Part shown: piece by piece, positions 1 to 9,824 of the stretch
How the letters are laid out: every line of letters begins with the position of its first letter
Position numbering within the stretch: the first letter of the stretch is position 1
NCBI GenBank assembly: GCA_963928595.1
Contig: CAWVFK010000025.1
Location: 4,070-68,069 of the forward strand
Length of the DNA stretch: 64,000 bases
Direction of reading: 5' to 3'
Source of the DNA: Candidatus Coprosoma sp.
Lineage (GTDB): Bacteria > Bacillota_I > Bacilli_A > RF39 > UBA660
Translations under genes and position numbers: made by a program
The notes under the pieces: model-generated
Database searches by the model: none
The model's input: the letters and a program-made list of their open reading frames with translations, nothing else
What the model was told of the DNA's origin: nothing

Positions 1-839
1 AATTCTTTATTTCGAGATTGTAATCTCTCAACTTCAGCACGATATTTAGTATTTTCTTCTTTTAAATTAGAAAGTTCATTATTAATATTTTCTCTTTCGG
101 TAGAAGATTCATTATTAATTTTATCTAATTTTTCAATTTCTAATTGTAGTTTTCTAATTTTGTTATCTTTAGCATCAAGTTCACTTTGCATGCCTTCATA
201 TTTATTAACAAAACTAGAAACAGCATTGGTAATATCATCAAATGATTCATCGTTTACTTCAGAATCATTTTCTTCAGTAGTTTCTTCATCGGTAGGCTCT
301 TCTGGCCTTAGTAATTCTGGTTTTTCCTCTTTAGGAGTATTATCTAAGTCCAAGTCTTCCATGACAGATGATAAGTTATCTATTTCATCTAATAAGCTTT
401 CAGCTTCTTTTGGAGAAATTTTAACCATCTCATCAACAAAAGTTGGCTCATCAAAAGTTTCTTCTGGTTCTTCATCCATATCATCAATATATTTTCCGTA
501 AATATTTAATTCTGTAATCTTACTCATAATATCTTCGATACTAACAGCGTATTTATTCATTAAATTACGAATATTTTTGTCCTCTGAATAGCTTTTAAAG
601 AACTCTTTATCATCAGGAATTAAGATATTTGCTCTAAACATCTGTTTTTCTTCTCTACCTTGTTCGCCATCACTAAATGCGATGTTCATGTTTTCGATAA
701 CAGAATCAATAAAATCATTTTTTCTTTCTACTGCTTCATCAAATGGTAGTTTTTTTAATGATTTAAATATCTTTCTATTGTCCTCTCTAATATCACGCGC
801 TAATTTTTTGATTGCTAAAAATCTTTCTTTTTCTAACAT
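1..839 (-). CDS. hypothetical acidic coiled-coil protein (3' end runs off the window)
   Basis: Absent from the ORF track because no stop lies inside the window. I checked the frame codon by codon from ATG 839..837 (SD GAGGTGG at 844..850) down to nt 3 and found no stop. Starts MLEKERFLAIKKLARDIRED, has a D/E-rich middle and a heptad-like tail (KIRKLQLEIEKLDKINNE). No family recognised. Confidence 0.55.
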   Translation of the reverse strand, partial: MLEKERFLAIKKLARDIREDNRKIFKSLKKLPFDEAVERKNDFIDSVIENMNIAFSDGEQGREEKQMFRANILIPDDKEFFKSYSEDKNIRNLMNKYAVSIEDIMSKITELNIYGKYIDDMDEEPEETFDEPTFVDEMVKISPKEAESLLDEIDNLSSVMEDLDLDNTPKEEKPELLRPEEPTDEETTEENDSEVNDESFDDITNAVSSFVNKYEGMQSELDAKDNKIRKLQLEIEKLDKINNESSTERENINNELSNLKEENTKYRAEVERLQSRNKE

Positions 840-872
840 ATTTCCACCTCTTTATTCTTTTATAACCATAAT

Positions 873-1430
873 TTATGCTCTTGAATCATATTTGCCATCT
901 TTGGTTGAAACGATTATATGTTCATGTTCGCTTATAAATAAAGGAACTTTAACTGTTAATCCATTTTCCAAAGTGGCTTCTTTAGTAGCATTTGTAGCAG
1001 TATTTCCTTTTACAGCTGGTTCAGTAGCTGTTACTTCATACTCTATTTTTTCAGGTAAATTAATACCTAAAACTTCACCTTTATAGAATGTTACTTCAAC
1101 TTCTAAACCTTCTTTTAAGAATTTAGCATCGTCCCCTAAACTATCTTTGGCTAAATCCATTTGTTCATAAGTTTCCATATTCATAAAATTATACATATCG
1201 CCACTACTATAAAGATATTGCATTGGTTGTTTTTCGATAATAGCTTTTTCAAGCTTTATATTAGTATTAAATGTCTGTTCAATTGTTGCACCAGTTCGCA
1301 AATTTTTAAGTTTAATGCGGACAAAGGCAGGACCTTTTCCTGGCTTAACGTGTAAGAATTCTAAAATTAAATAGATATTCCCGTCAATTACAACTGTCAT
1401 TCCATTTTTAATATCATTAATATTTATCAT
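873..1430 (-). CDS. efp: elongation factor P
   Basis: 185 aa with full-length EF-P-like sequence (VKPGKGPAFVRIKLKNLRTGA, KGNTATNATKEATLENG). GGAGG SD upstream of the ATG. Confidence 0.95.
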   Translation of the reverse strand: MININDIKNGMTVVIDGNIYLILEFLHVKPGKGPAFVRIKLKNLRTGATIEQTFNTNIKLEKAIIEKQPMQYLYSSGDMYNFMNMETYEQMDLAKDSLGDDAKFLKEGLEVEVTFYKGEVLGINLPEKIEYEVTATEPAVKGNTATNATKEATLENGLTVKVPLFISEHEHIIVSTKDGKYDSRA

Positions 1431-1446
1431 ACTTTACCTCCATGAA

Positions 1447-1614
1447 TTATTTTTTCTCATTGTGCTCTGTATGCTTATTACATTTAGGGCAATATTTGTT
1501 TAACTTTAATCTTTCAGGTGTGTTCCTTTTATTTTTTTCTACACGATAGTTTTCATTTTTACACACACTACAAACTAAAGTGATGTTATCTCTCGCTTCG
1601 CCTTTTTTTGCCAT
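1447..1614 (-). CDS. rpmG: 50S ribosomal protein L33
   Basis: Not in the ORF track (55 aa). Hand translation gives [55 protein letters not shown]. This has the CxxC...CxxC zinc-ribbon L33 pattern and a GGAGGG SD 5 nt upstream. Confidence 0.9.
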   Translation of the reverse strand: MAKKGEARDNITLVCSVCKNENYRVEKNKRNTPERLKLNKYCPKCNKHTEHNEKK

Positions 1615-1655
1615 AATATCCCTCCTTTTTGCATTTCTTACACCATTATATCAAA

Positions 1656-3815
1656 TTATGGATAAATTTCAAAGTATTTTTGAGAAACTCTTTGGGCTAA
1701 ACGCTTATTTATAGAAGATTGATGGCTTGTTTTGCCGTCCGGTCTTGAAATATTTGGTGACACGATAGTGAATGTTACCTTCGGATCATCATATGGAGCA
1801 TAAGCAACAAAAGTGGTACTGATTGTTTCTTTATCAATTTTTCCATCACCGTTAGTGTCGACAAAACTCTGACTGGTTCCAGTTTTACCGGCTGGTTTAT
1901 AAGCCATATTTATGTATCCGGCACCAGTTCCATATTGTAAGACGGCTTTAAATCCTTCGTGGACTCTATCCATGTATTTTTGCTCAGTCTTTACTTTATT
2001 TAGTTCTTTCTTATTTTGATCATATGATGATTCGTCACCATATAAACCTTTATATAGATAGGGTTGCATTCTAGTACCATTATTAGCAATCGTACTTATA
2101 TATTGTGATAATTGAATTGGAGTATAGTTATCATACTGCCCAATTGAAAAGTCGAGTAATAGTCCTGGAGTAGTACTTGTACCTTTTAGACCAGTTATTT
2201 CATTTGGAAGATCAATACCAGTTTTTACACCTAAACCGAATTCAGCAAAGGTATCTCGATATATATTAAACGCATTAGTATCAATAACTAATGGTTGATT
2301 ATATTTATAGGTTCCCTTACCTACTTTAATGGCAGTATAGTACTGATAAGTATTCGAAGATTGGGCTAAAGCCGTAATATCATTTAGTCTTCCTAATCTT
2401 TTCCATGAACATTTTTCTGGAGTAGCAGCAATTTTAACACATGTGTCATATCTGATTTCACCAATTTTTAAAGCACCAGTATTATAACCGACTATATGGC
2501 TAGCCCCTTTAACGACTGACCCCATAACTGCGGTAGATTGAGTTATACCAGATGTGAAATCAATGACACTATATGAACCATCATCATTTTGTTTTAATTT
2601 CTTGCCAGCCATAGCTAATATTTCACCGGTTTTAGGGTTAGTTATTATAACAAATGAACCATCATAATAATCGGTATTAGCTTCTTTCTTGGCATTTAAA
2701 ACTTCCTCTGTCAATATTTCTTCCAAGGCTTTTTGAAGTTCGATATCAATCGTCAAAACAATATCATTGCCTCTTTTACCTTCTTCAAGTAATTTGTATG
2801 AGCCATCACTCATAACTTGATATTTGTTCTTTTTACCTTTTAAAATATCTTCATATTGGTACTCGAGGTTACTAGTTCCTACACGGTCATCTAGACTATA
2901 ACCCTTCTCTAAATAATAATCTTTTAATTCGGCAGGAATTCCACTTTTACTACTTGAAACATTGCCCAAGATACTTCTAAAGACATCACCATATGGATAA
3001 GTTCTTTCCCAATCGAGTTTCGTGTTGACACCTTTAAGTTCACTAAGGTTTTCGGAAACTAAGGCATACTCTTCATCGGTGACATTTTCACCTTTAATTA
3101 CCTTTTCATCATATGAATATCCTGTATTCATAAGAGTATATATGTAAGCCGCTTTTTTATCTAAGTCATTATAAACACTTAAATCTTCAGCAGTTATTCT
3201 TTCAATTTCAAGTTCATATATATCATCACTTGTAAGTTTTCTTTCTTCTAGCTTTTTCCATTCATCGTCAGTGATTTTGGCTTTGGCAGCTTCTTCATTA
3301 TTTTCAATCCAAAAGGCTTTAAAGTCATAATCATTTAACTTTGATGAATCTACATCAATCATGTTTGCTAGTTTATAAGCGGTGGCGATTTCTTTTTTAG
3401 AAGTAATGCCTGAAGGCTTTTTATAGTATATGACTTTAGATGGTTTGTTATCAACAATTAGTTTGCCATTACGGTCATATATTCTTCCGCGGGGTGCGGA
3501 TTCGCCATAAGTGATCGTTTTAGTAAGATTTTCAAGTTCATGACTATATCTTTCTTTTCCAACTACTTGAACGACAAAAAGACTAATGACTAAAATGAGT
3601 AAAGCTAAAATGATAATAAAGTTTAAGATATTATATCTTTTTTCAATTTCTACTTTAATATCTTTATTTTCTTTATATGTATTAAAGTTATAGGTCTGTT
3701 TACTTTGACGTTTAGAGATTTTTAAGGATGATTTTCTTTTATCTCTAATGTCTTTAATTTTATTTAATAAGGAAAATGATTTATTATTTTTAAGTTTTTT
3801 CTTATTTTTTTTCAC
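1656..3815 (-). CDS. class B penicillin-binding protein (PBP2B/SpoVD-like transpeptidase)
   Basis: 719 aa with an N-terminal TM anchor, a PBP dimerisation region and a C-terminal transpeptidase domain. GTG start with a GAGGTGAT SD. Confidence 0.85.
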   Translation of the reverse strand: MKKNKKKLKNNKSFSLLNKIKDIRDKRKSSLKISKRQSKQTYNFNTYKENKDIKVEIEKRYNILNFIIILALLILVISLFVVQVVGKERYSHELENLTKTITYGESAPRGRIYDRNGKLIVDNKPSKVIYYKKPSGITSKKEIATAYKLANMIDVDSSKLNDYDFKAFWIENNEEAAKAKITDDEWKKLEERKLTSDDIYELEIERITAEDLSVYNDLDKKAAYIYTLMNTGYSYDEKVIKGENVTDEEYALVSENLSELKGVNTKLDWERTYPYGDVFRSILGNVSSSKSGIPAELKDYYLEKGYSLDDRVGTSNLEYQYEDILKGKKNKYQVMSDGSYKLLEEGKRGNDIVLTIDIELQKALEEILTEEVLNAKKEANTDYYDGSFVIITNPKTGEILAMAGKKLKQNDDGSYSVIDFTSGITQSTAVMGSVVKGASHIVGYNTGALKIGEIRYDTCVKIAATPEKCSWKRLGRLNDITALAQSSNTYQYYTAIKVGKGTYKYNQPLVIDTNAFNIYRDTFAEFGLGVKTGIDLPNEITGLKGTSTTPGLLLDFSIGQYDNYTPIQLSQYISTIANNGTRMQPYLYKGLYGDESSYDQNKKELNKVKTEQKYMDRVHEGFKAVLQYGTGAGYINMAYKPAGKTGTSQSFVDTNGDGKIDKETISTTFVAYAPYDDPKVTFTIVSPNISRPDGKTSHQSSINKRLAQRVSQKYFEIYP

Positions 3816-3866
3816 TTTTTATCACCTCGCTTTTAAAATTAACATACCCTATTATAGGGGGAATGT

Positions 3867-4130
3867 ATGCATAGATTACTAATTGAAAACTATATCAAGC
3901 AGATTAGCAAACAAGATATTAAGAAGTTTGCAGATAAAAACAATATTCAGCTTTCAGAAAAAGATCAAGATATATTATATCACTATTTAAAAAATAATTG
4001 GCAAGATTTATTATATGGAAATAGTAGAAGTGTTTTTAAAGAATTAGAAGAAAAACTGGGAACTGAAAAATTTAATGTGTTAAAATCTTTATATGACTTT
4101 TATTTTGAACAATATCATGATTTTTTATAA
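3867..4130 (+). CDS. small DUF2624/YqfT-like protein
   Basis: 87 aa and convergent with nfo, as yqfT is with yqfS(nfo) in B. subtilis. The resemblance to that family is weak. GGGGGAA SD. Confidence 0.45.
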   Translation: MHRLLIENYIKQISKQDIKKFADKNNIQLSEKDQDILYHYLKNNWQDLLYGNSRSVFKELEEKLGTEKFNVLKSLYDFYFEQYHDFL

Positions 4131-5035
4131 TAGTTTCTAATGTCTTCTAATAATTTTGAATTATATGTTTTATTTTTAATCATCTCTATCTCAAATTTAT
4201 ATGGTGGATAAGTACGATCTTTACCACCATCTATACTAATGTAAGGAGTTTCTAAAATTTTAGGAACTTCTTTTAAGTTTTCATTATATATTATTTTTAT
4301 GAGGTTTTCAAAGCCAATTTTACCTAAACCGATATTTTCATGGCGGTCTTTATGAGTGCCTTTTTCATTTTTACTATCGTTTATATGAATGCAGCCGATT
4401 TTGTTTAAACCAATTACTTCATCAAATTCTTTTAACAAATTATCAAAATCAGTAACATCGTATCCGGCATCGTTTAAATGACAAGTGTCTAGACAAACTA
4501 GTAATCTTTGATTATTTTTAACACCATCAATAATCGTTTTAATTTCTTCGAAAGTTTTACCAAGTTCAGTGCCTTTGCCAGCCATTGTTTCAAGACAAAT
4601 GATTGGACCAGCTTCTTCATCTAAAACAAGGTTTAACCCATTAATGATGTTATTTAAACCAACCTCTACACCTAGTCCGACATGACTACCAGGGTGCAGA
4701 ACAACTTTTTTGATACCTAAAGTTTGTGCACGCTTTAATTCTTGTTTTAAGAAATTTACAGCAAAGTTAAATTTATCATCATCTTTATTATTAGCTAAAT
4801 TTACAATATAAGGGGCATGAATTATAACTTCATTTATGTCAATATTATTTTCCTTCATCAATTGTTTCGCTTCATTTGTTTTTTCTTCATCTATTTTACC
4901 TCTAATGGTATTTTGCGGAGCTCCTGTATAAAACATAAAAGTATTTTCCCCATAACTTAATGCTTCTTTGACACTACCAAGCATACCTTCATCTTTTGTG
5001 AAAGATACGTGGCTTCCAATAATTAATTTCTCCAT
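4115..5035 (-). CDS. nfo: endonuclease IV (deoxyribonuclease IV)
   Basis: Xylose-isomerase-like TIM barrel with endonuclease IV motifs (HAPYIVNLA, VLHPGSH, CLDTCH, HINDSK). I moved the start to ATG 5035 (MEKLIIGSH) behind an AGGTGA SD. Confidence 0.9.
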   Translation of the reverse strand: MEKLIIGSHVSFTKDEGMLGSVKEALSYGENTFMFYTGAPQNTIRGKIDEEKTNEAKQLMKENNIDINEVIIHAPYIVNLANNKDDDKFNFAVNFLKQELKRAQTLGIKKVVLHPGSHVGLGVEVGLNNIINGLNLVLDEEAGPIICLETMAGKGTELGKTFEEIKTIIDGVKNNQRLLVCLDTCHLNDAGYDVTDFDNLLKEFDEVIGLNKIGCIHINDSKNEKGTHKDRHENIGLGKIGFENLIKIIYNENLKEVPKILETPYISIDGGKDRTYPPYKFEIEMIKNKTYNSKLLEDIRNYYKKS

Positions 5036-5072
5036 AAAAATCACCTAGAAATATAATACCACATTTCTAGGT

Positions 5073-5405
5073 TTATTCGCCCACTAAATCACCTAAAACT
5101 TTAAAACTCCCACCAATTATTTTTTGAATGACTTTTTCAGTGGTGTTTGAAATGGAAAGTCCAGCTTTAGATATTGCATTTTGATAACTTTTATTATTGA
5201 CATCAATGTAATCTTCTAAATCGATGTTTTTCCCTTCTTTGACATCCTTTTCAAACTTTTCGATTTGTTTATTGGTTAAGGCAACTTTTTTACTATTTCG
5301 GTATTCAAAATAACCTGTACTTTGGGAAAGATATAGAGCAAAAAAGGTAACAAAACTAACTAAGATAGAATACCTAAAAATCTTATTTAACTTTTTATGT
5401 TTCAT
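5073..5405 (-). CDS. YqxA-like small membrane protein (DUF3679-like)
   Basis: 110 aa with one N-terminal TM. Lies immediately downstream of spoIIP, as in the B. subtilis gpr-spoIIP-yqxA order. The assignment rests mainly on synteny. Confidence 0.4.
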   Translation of the reverse strand: MKHKKLNKIFRYSILVSFVTFFALYLSQSTGYFEYRNSKKVALTNKQIEKFEKDVKEGKNIDLEDYIDVNNKSYQNAISKAGLSISNTTEKVIQKIIGGSFKVLGDLVGE

Positions 5406-6348
5406 TTATATACTCTCCTATGATTGGTGCAAGCAGTTCGATAGTATTTAGTACTTCATCTATAGTGTTTTCTTGAGCACCTATTTCGATTAAAATTATA
5501 TTAGGATTTAAATCTTGATTATAAACACCATTTGAGTATTCGCCACCTTTGGTTAATATACCTCTAGTTAAGGTTGGATATTTGACTTTTATTTTATCAT
5601 TGATGGTTGTAGCAACATTTAAGTTAGATTTATAGGTATCATAATCTTCACCTATGACAAAAGAGATTTTTGCACATGATTTATTATTAATAATAACGGT
5701 TGATTTTTCTTTTGGTAAAGCATCACGGTGCAAATCGATGATTAATTTATAGTTTTTATACTTATTTAATGCATCTTCTAAAAATTTGCGACTTGCAACA
5801 TAACTCTTATTATATTTCATATTGTTTAAATTTAAGTAATCAGTAATATTGTCTTCCATCACATCGGCTTTAATATTTTGTTTAGCTAGTTTATCTTGAA
5901 GAAGATAGGAGGCCATCATAACGCCAGGTTTGATATTATAACCTTCTAAAGACTCTCCAGCATACGACTCACTTTGATGAGAGTTATAAATGTAGACTGT
6001 AGGTTTGACATTTAGTTTTTCAACTTCTTCGGTTTTAGGGTTACTGACATAAGCCATAGCAGCTTCATTAGATTTAAAATGAAAGGTGTTTTCTAATATG
6101 GATACAGGTTCATTGACATCTAAGATTTTAGAAAACAATTTAGAAAGTAAATCGTCGGCTTTCTTTTCATAAAGAAGATGGTAGTTAGAGTCGACCATCA
6201 ACGCTTTGATAAAAGCTTCGTTAGAATTTACAAGTTTGAGATTCATAATGATATTAAATGATAATTCATAACCCAAAAACATAATGAAGGCATAAACTAT
6301 TAATCTAAATTTAAATTTACGTTTTTTCTTAAGTTTGATCTTTTTCAT
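5395..6348 (-). CDS. spoIIP: stage II sporulation protein P
   Basis: SpoIIP-type amidase region (IYNSHQSESY, IDLHRDA, NQDLNPNIILIEIG) after an N-terminal TM, downstream of gpr. Start set at MKKIKLKKK (ATG 6348) behind GGGGAA. Confidence 0.8.
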   Translation of the reverse strand: MKKIKLKKKRKFKFRLIVYAFIMFLGYELSFNIIMNLKLVNSNEAFIKALMVDSNYHLLYEKKADDLLSKLFSKILDVNEPVSILENTFHFKSNEAAMAYVSNPKTEEVEKLNVKPTVYIYNSHQSESYAGESLEGYNIKPGVMMASYLLQDKLAKQNIKADVMEDNITDYLNLNNMKYNKSYVASRKFLEDALNKYKNYKLIIDLHRDALPKEKSTVIINNKSCAKISFVIGEDYDTYKSNLNVATTINDKIKVKYPTLTRGILTKGGEYSNGVYNQDLNPNIILIEIGAQENTIDEVLNTIELLAPIIGEYINET

Positions 6349-6414
6349 AGAATTCCCCATTTCGATATAATTATATGAAATAGATGAGGAATAAAATGTA
6401 GAAAAAAACAAAGC

Positions 6415-7431
6415 TTAATCACTTTGTTTGATTTCTTTATGAAGGGCACTATTTAGACCAGAGCTGATAACTTCGGCTAGTTTGGCAATGACAAAATCTT
6501 CTTCTTTTGGAGTGACCATTAAATTATAGCCAATGGGGTTTAGAATTTCATAAATTAATTCTTTGGTTTCAGTTTCTGATAAAGTGCCAACCATACCTAA
6601 TATTTTTTCTTTTTCTTCTTTATTTATTTTGAATTTTTGACTGAGTTTTAAATAATTAACGTTAGCAGTTAATTTAGAAGCAGGATTATTGATGTTAGCT
6701 GTTTGATAAGCAAAATGGTCATAGAGATATTTAATGGTGTCACTGACAATAGAAGCGGCATCGACAACGGTTGGAACACCGATAGCAATTGTTGGGATAC
6801 CTAAAATATCCTTGGAGATTTCTTTTCTTTTATTGCCTACTCCACTACCTGGATTAATTCCAGAATCAGTCATTTGGATTGTTTTATTAACTCTTTCGAC
6901 TGATGAGGCAGCTAGTGCATCAATAGTAATTACAAAACCTGGTTTTATTTCTTTAACAACACTTTTTAATAAATCACTTGTTTCTATACCGGTTTCACCC
7001 ATAACTCCTGGAGCAATAGCACAGACTCTTCTAAAGCCTTCATCTAACGATCCATATAAATAAATATAATTAGTAACTAAAGTTTCAGATACCACTAAAG
7101 GTCCAAGAGCATCTGGCGTTGATTTTTCATTACCTAACCCTAAAACTAAACACATATCGTCATCTTTAATATTTTGAATTTTTAAGAGTTTTCTTAATTC
7201 TTCCGAAAATATTTTTTCTACCTTTTTTTGATTTTTAGAATCAGTTACATCTTCAAATTCGATAGTTGTATAGTTACCGGGCTTTTTGTTTATCTCTTTT
7301 GCTTCTTCTTCGTTTAAAGTAATATTTGTTATTTTAATATCATCTATTTGTTTAGTAGGAGTAGATTTTACAAGCTCAACAGCTAAGTCTGTTCTTAAAA
7401 TACTATTTTTGAAATCGACTTCATGACTCAC
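6415..7431 (-). CDS. gpr: spore germination protease GPR
   Basis: 338 aa with the N-terminal RTDLAVE signature and full-length GPR-like sequence. GTG start with a GAGGTGAT SD. Confidence 0.9.
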   Translation of the reverse strand: MSHEVDFKNSILRTDLAVELVKSTPTKQIDDIKITNITLNEEEAKEINKKPGNYTTIEFEDVTDSKNQKKVEKIFSEELRKLLKIQNIKDDDMCLVLGLGNEKSTPDALGPLVVSETLVTNYIYLYGSLDEGFRRVCAIAPGVMGETGIETSDLLKSVVKEIKPGFVITIDALAASSVERVNKTIQMTDSGINPGSGVGNKRKEISKDILGIPTIAIGVPTVVDAASIVSDTIKYLYDHFAYQTANINNPASKLTANVNYLKLSQKFKINKEEKEKILGMVGTLSETETKELIYEILNPIGYNLMVTPKEEDFVIAKLAEVISSGLNSALHKEIKQSD

Positions 7432-7593
7432 GATATCACCTCACTTTTATTCTTAGCAAAGTTATAAAAATCATACAAAAAATAAAAAATAGTTATAAAT
7501 TTATTTATTCGTAAAAGAAAAATAACGAAAAAATGTTGCTTTTTCATAATAATTTTGTTAAAATGGTTATACATGTGGCTTGGAGGTGAAATT

Positions 7594-7857
7594 ATGGCCA
7601 ACTTAAAGAATGCGAAAAAAAGAATTTCTGTAAATATTAAAAAAGAAGCAAGAAACAACGAATATTCTGCTAGTGCAAAAACAGCTGTTAAAAATACTCT
7701 AAGAGCTATTGCTAAAAAAGACAAAGCACAAGCTGAAGCTAATTTAAAAACTGCCATTAAAAGAATCGACAAGGCAGCTGGAGCTGGAGTAATCGCTAAA
7801 AATACTAGTGCTCGTAAAAAATCAAGATTAACAAAGAAAGTAAATGCGATGGAGTAA
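7594..7857 (+). CDS. rpsT: 30S ribosomal protein S20
   Basis: MANLKNAKKRISVNIKKEARN is a typical S20 N-terminus. GGAGGTGA SD. TTGCTT-N17-TGtTAAAAT promoter about 30 nt upstream. The longer track ORF (from 7555) is an unsupported extension. Confidence 0.92.
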   Translation: MANLKNAKKRISVNIKKEARNNEYSASAKTAVKNTLRAIAKKDKAQAEANLKTAIKRIDKAAGAGVIAKNTSARKKSRLTKKVNAME

Positions 7858-7887
7858 TTTACTTTTTTATTTTATAGGGGTGATTAG

Positions 7888-8823
7888 ATGAAAAAATTTT
7901 GGAACTTTTTTACAACAATTTTATTTTGTATCCTATTTGTAGTTGCTTTTACTTATCGCGAAGATATTGTCAATTTTGTTATGAGTTCAGTAGTTCAAAA
8001 TAAACAAGTAACTTTACCAAATGAAGAAGTGAATTTTAACAATTTTGATTTTGATTTTGTAAAGGAAACAAATGATTTTCATGTTAATAACAAGCAAGAT
8101 ATTTTGAATGTCATATATACTGTTTTAAATCATGGGTTAACTGATCTTACCTTTTATTGTGATAAGAATTATAAAAATTGCACAGATGATTTGAGTGATA
8201 TTTCGAATGATCAAGTATTACTTTCAACAATAAACAATTTCGTGTCACCTTATAATAGTTATGAGAAGATTTATTTTAAAATTACTTCATATGGTGAGGT
8301 AAATATGGCAATCGATAAATTATATTCAGATGGAGAAAAAAACAGTATCGAGATTAAAATTAAAGAATTTGAAGATGCCAATATTGAAGATAGTATGAGT
8401 ATTCGGGATAAAATTAAAGCTTTCCATGATTACTTAATTAATAGTAGTGTATATGATAAAGCACGAGCTGAAGCGATTGAAAATGGTAAAGATTATAGTG
8501 GTAATAATTCTCATAAAGCAAATGGCCCTTTAATTGATGGACTTGCTTTATGTAGTGGTTATAGTGATGCGATGAAAATATATTTAGATAAATTAGGAGT
8601 TCCAAATTATAAAATCTCTAATTCTAATCACATTTGGAATTTAGTTTATTTAGACGGTCAGTGGTTACATTTGGATTTGACTTGGGATGATCCGGTGACT
8701 ACTGATGGTTCTAACATTTTATTACATAAGTTCTTCCTTATTTCAACCAATGAATTACACAAGTTAGATGCGACAGGACATAATTTTAATACTGAATATT
8801 ATCCAGAAGCACAAAACAGTTAA
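7888..8823 (+). CDS. transglutaminase-like cysteine peptidase domain protein, membrane anchored
   Basis: N-terminal TM plus a C-terminal Cys-His-Asp core (CSGYSDAMKIYL ... NHIWNLVYLDGQWLHLDLTWDD). Confidence 0.7.
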   Translation: MKKFWNFFTTILFCILFVVAFTYREDIVNFVMSSVVQNKQVTLPNEEVNFNNFDFDFVKETNDFHVNNKQDILNVIYTVLNHGLTDLTFYCDKNYKNCTDDLSDISNDQVLLSTINNFVSPYNSYEKIYFKITSYGEVNMAIDKLYSDGEKNSIEIKIKEFEDANIEDSMSIRDKIKAFHDYLINSSVYDKARAEAIENGKDYSGNNSHKANGPLIDGLALCSGYSDAMKIYLDKLGVPNYKISNSNHIWNLVYLDGQWLHLDLTWDDPVTTDGSNILLHKFFLISTNELHKLDATGHNFNTEYYPEAQNS

Positions 8824-8845
8824 GAAAAACTCTTAACTGTTTTTA
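8815..8845. terminator. bidirectional rho-independent terminator between convergent genes
   Basis: Stem AACAGTTAAG (8815..8824) / CTTAACTGTT (8832..8841), flanked by an A-run on one side and a T-run on the other. It covers both stop codons. Confidence 0.6.
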
Positions 8846-9715
8846 ATTGACAATCGTATATGGATTCTCTTCAGTACCACTACCACATAGTTTAGTATCC
8901 TTTGAAATATATATAACTGGGTGTATATCCAACATTCCATCACTCAAGGCACCAGCTGGTCCCGAACCATCGCCAACTAATAGTGCCTTTATATCGGGAT
9001 CAAAATAATCTGTTGTATTGATTGTCCAAAAGAATGACTTTAGAAGCCATGTTGTAGTTTTACAAGTTGATGCGTTTGCTTGAGCTTTTTTTGCTGTTCC
9101 ACACATTCCTATGTTACTATTTAGCCTTAAATATTCCGACACGCTTATTAATCCAATTTTACCATTCCATATAGTTTGATTTTCTTCATATATTTGATTT
9201 GTTAAATCATCGTTAACTAATTCTTTTATAATACCAGTCTTAAAATCGTGACTTATTATTTTATCATAATTTGTACTTATAGAATTTAAATATTCTGTAT
9301 TCAAATAAGTGTTTATTTCTACTGGTTCACCCCAAACTGTATTATCAGGCCAAGCTCTTTGTCCTATACTTTCATCTTTTATTATTTTAAGAGAACCATC
9401 TTCTTCTAATGATATAATTCTCCACATTTCATTGTTAAATGTTATATAGTTTTTAGGACTAGCGCCTTTATAAAAATATCTAGTTGGTTCATAGGTATCT
9501 TTATATAAACCATCTCCACTATTTACCACTTCTTTTAAAAGTAATTCTTTAGCGATTGTCCCAATACATTTTATATTTCCTTTGGCCTTTAATGATATGT
9601 TTGTTTGGAATGCCGCATATCCTACTCCTAATATTAATAGTAAACAGGCAGTTGCTATTGTTATGATTTGTTTACCCTTTCTTCTTTTCTCTCTTCTTGT
9701 GAACCTTCTTCTCAT
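8843..9715 (-). CDS. hypothetical secreted/membrane-anchored protein
   Basis: 290 aa with a basic N-terminus and one TM (IITIATACLLLILGVGYAAF), followed by an extracytoplasmic domain. Divergent from the XRE regulator. No family confidently recognised. Confidence 0.5.
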   Translation of the reverse strand: MRRRFTRREKRRKGKQIITIATACLLLILGVGYAAFQTNISLKAKGNIKCIGTIAKELLLKEVVNSGDGLYKDTYEPTRYFYKGASPKNYITFNNEMWRIISLEEDGSLKIIKDESIGQRAWPDNTVWGEPVEINTYLNTEYLNSISTNYDKIISHDFKTGIIKELVNDDLTNQIYEENQTIWNGKIGLISVSEYLRLNSNIGMCGTAKKAQANASTCKTTTWLLKSFFWTINTTDYFDPDIKALLVGDGSGPAGALSDGMLDIHPVIYISKDTKLCGSGTEENPYTIVN

Positions 9716-9727
9716 CTTACCATCCCT

Positions 9728-9797
9728 AACTTATTTTAAGTTATATAGCTTTATTATAACCTATTTTAAGTTATCGTTCAATACCTTAAAACAAGTT
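9728..9797. promoter_or_regulatory. three operator-like repeats in the divergent XRE / secreted-protein promoter region
   Basis: AACTTATTTTAAGTT (9728..9742, 6-bp palindromic arms), AACCTATTTTAAGTT (9758..9772, exactly 30 bp later) and ACCTTAAAACAAGTT (9783..9797). All three are followed by AT. Confidence 0.35.
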
Positions 9798-9824
9798 ATT
9801 GTAAAATCAAGTCGGAGGTTAGTT

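Noticed and set aside
160-501. 113-aa Ser-rich ORF on the plus strand
   Set aside because: It is low-complexity (poly-Ser/Leu) antisense shadow of the D/E-rich minus-strand CDS 1..839. It has no SD, and the minus frame is open and SD-led.
682-1355. Plus-strand ORFs 682..1086 and 1161..1355
   Set aside because: They are antisense shadows of the hypothetical gene and efp. Their products are hydrophobic low-complexity sequences with no SD, and efp is unambiguous.
7448-7476. Forespore-type promoter for gpr (GTATG-N17-AAGAATA on the minus strand)
   Set aside because: The position and -35 are suggestive of sigma-F/G, but the -10 does not match the CATnnTA / GGnnAnAnT consensus well. It is too uncertain to list as a feature.
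6734-7772. ORFs 6734..7063 (+) and 7428..7772 (-)
   Set aside because: The first is antisense to gpr. The second runs antisense through rpsT and its promoter. Neither has an SD or recognisable domains.
9582-9824. N-terminal 81-codon extension of the XRE ORF
   Set aside because: The extension overlaps the divergent gene and the promoter/operator region. The GGAGG SD sits in front of ATG 9825, and the HTH domain starts there.
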